Below are positions 63,099 to 64,000 of a stretch of DNA of 64,000 bases, piece by piece. The translations under genes and the position numbers were made by a program. Within the stretch, counting starts at the first letter, position 1. Each line of letters begins with the position of its first letter. Source of the stretch: an uncultured Aquiluna sp. (GTDB lineage: Bacteria > Actinomycetota > Actinomycetes > Actinomycetales > Microbacteriaceae); NCBI GenBank assembly GCA_913775595.1, contig CAJYLB010000001.1:434001-498000 (forward strand), given 5' to 3'. The notes beneath the pieces were generated by a model that was given only the letters and a program-made list of their open reading frames with translations, was not told the origin of the DNA and ran no database searches.

Positions 63099-64000
63099 AC
63101 TTGCGCCTTCGCCTCCGCCAAAGCAACGTCCAGCTGGGATGTCTCGGGTCCGCCACCCTGAGCGAGGTCCTTTTTCCCGCCACCGCCGCCGCCAAGCACT
63201 CCGGCTGCCTGCTTGGCTATTGCACCAGAATCAAACCCTGCAGCTACGGCGTCTTGTCCCGCAGCAACCATTACCGTCGCGCGCCCTCCAGAAACTGCTC
63301 CTAGAATGATGACCGAGTCAGAACCAAGGCGATCCCTAAGAGCAAGGACCAAAGAGCGAAGCCCCTCCGCATCCTGCTCTCCAACGTTGGCTGAAACGAC
63401 TTCACGTCCATTCTGAGAAACCGCACTCTCAGCCAGGCTAGGTATTAGCGAAAGTGCTGCCTTGGCATTGGCCTCAGCCAACTGCTTTTGAGTCTTCTTC
63501 AGATCTTCAAGAGACTCGGCAATCTTGGCTTCCACTTCGCCCACTGGCGCTTTGAAGGAGGCTGCAATTCTCCTAATCGACTCTCTTTGCTCAATCAGGG
63601 ACTTTAGAGCCTTGAAGCCGACCTCAGCCTCGATACGGCGGCTACCAGACCCGACTGAACTCTCGCCGGTAATTGAAACAAGTCCGATCTGCGCGGTCCT
63701 AGTTACGTGGGTACCACCGCATAGCTCTCTGGACCAGGGTCCACCCACCTGGACTACTCGAACCATTTCGTCATAAGTCTCATCGAAGAGGGCAATTGCT
63801 CCCCAACTCCTGGCGTCTGGAAGCGTCATAAATCTTGCGCTTACGGCTAGGTCTGAGCGAATGGCCAGGTTCGATACTTCTTCAATTTCACTCTTTGTGG
63901 TCTCGCTGAGCGCCTCTCCCCATGCGAAGTCAAGTCTCATGTAGCCGGGCTTGTTGAAAGACCCAGACTGCAAAGCCTGCGGGCCAAGAACCTGCCTCAA
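63095..64000 (-). CDS. alaS: Alanine-tRNA ligase (C-terminal part; starts beyond the window)
   Basis: QSGS..RLDF, SRELCGGTHV, GSGSRRIEA and GGGGGGKKDLAQGGG (DHHA1 domain). Confidence 0.96.
   Translation of the reverse strand: MRQVLGPQALQSGSFNKPGYMRLDFAWGEALSETTKSEIEEVSNLAIRSDLAVSARFMTLPDARSWGAIALFDETYDEMVRVVQVGGPWSRELCGGTHVTRTAQIGLVSITGESSVGSGSRRIEAEVGFKALKSLIEQRESIRRIAASFKAPVGEVEAKIAESLEDLKKTQKQLAEANAKAALSLIPSLAESAVSQNGREVVSANVGEQDAEGLRSLVLALRDRLGSDSVIILGAVSGGRATVMVAAGQDAVAAGFDSGAIAKQAAGVLGGGGGGKKDLAQGGGPETSQLDVALAEAKAQV

Overview
This is a core-chromosome window from a streamlined actinobacterium. GC is about 55% by eye, and gene content and order point to Microbacteriaceae, most like the free-living Luna-type lineages (Aquiluna/Rhodoluna); this taxonomy is inferred. 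It is almost fully coding. A + strand pentose-phosphate operon (tal-pgi-zwf-opcA-pgl) converges on a long - strand run, which in transcription order is: alaS-ruvX-mltG-aroECKBQ-efp-nusB, pyrR-pyrB-pyrC-orf-carAB-pyrF-gmk-rpoZ-coaBC-metK-priA-fmt-rsmB-rpe-hisEGFI-trpE-2 orfs-trpCBA-lgt-gltBD-pyk, an ANTAR response regulator, polA-rpsA-coaE-uvrBAC-rapZ-whiA-sodA-gap-pgk-tpiA-secG-rbpA. Only tRNA-Leu(CAA) and a hotdog thioesterase interrupt it on the + strand. I found no mobile element, CRISPR array, defence system or novel protein system. The unexplained structure is regulatory. About 11 genes have a TANNNT -10-like box 6-8 nt before the start codon, which suggests leaderless mRNAs, and at many junctions the upstream gene's TAG/TAA stop codon forms the first half of that box, giving a recurring 9-nt intergenic gap. 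There is also a PyrR-binding loop overlapping the pyrR Shine-Dalgarno, a candidate bidirectional promoter at polA, a structured rpsA leader and a short hairpin leader before gltB. All promoter calls are sequence-based predictions.
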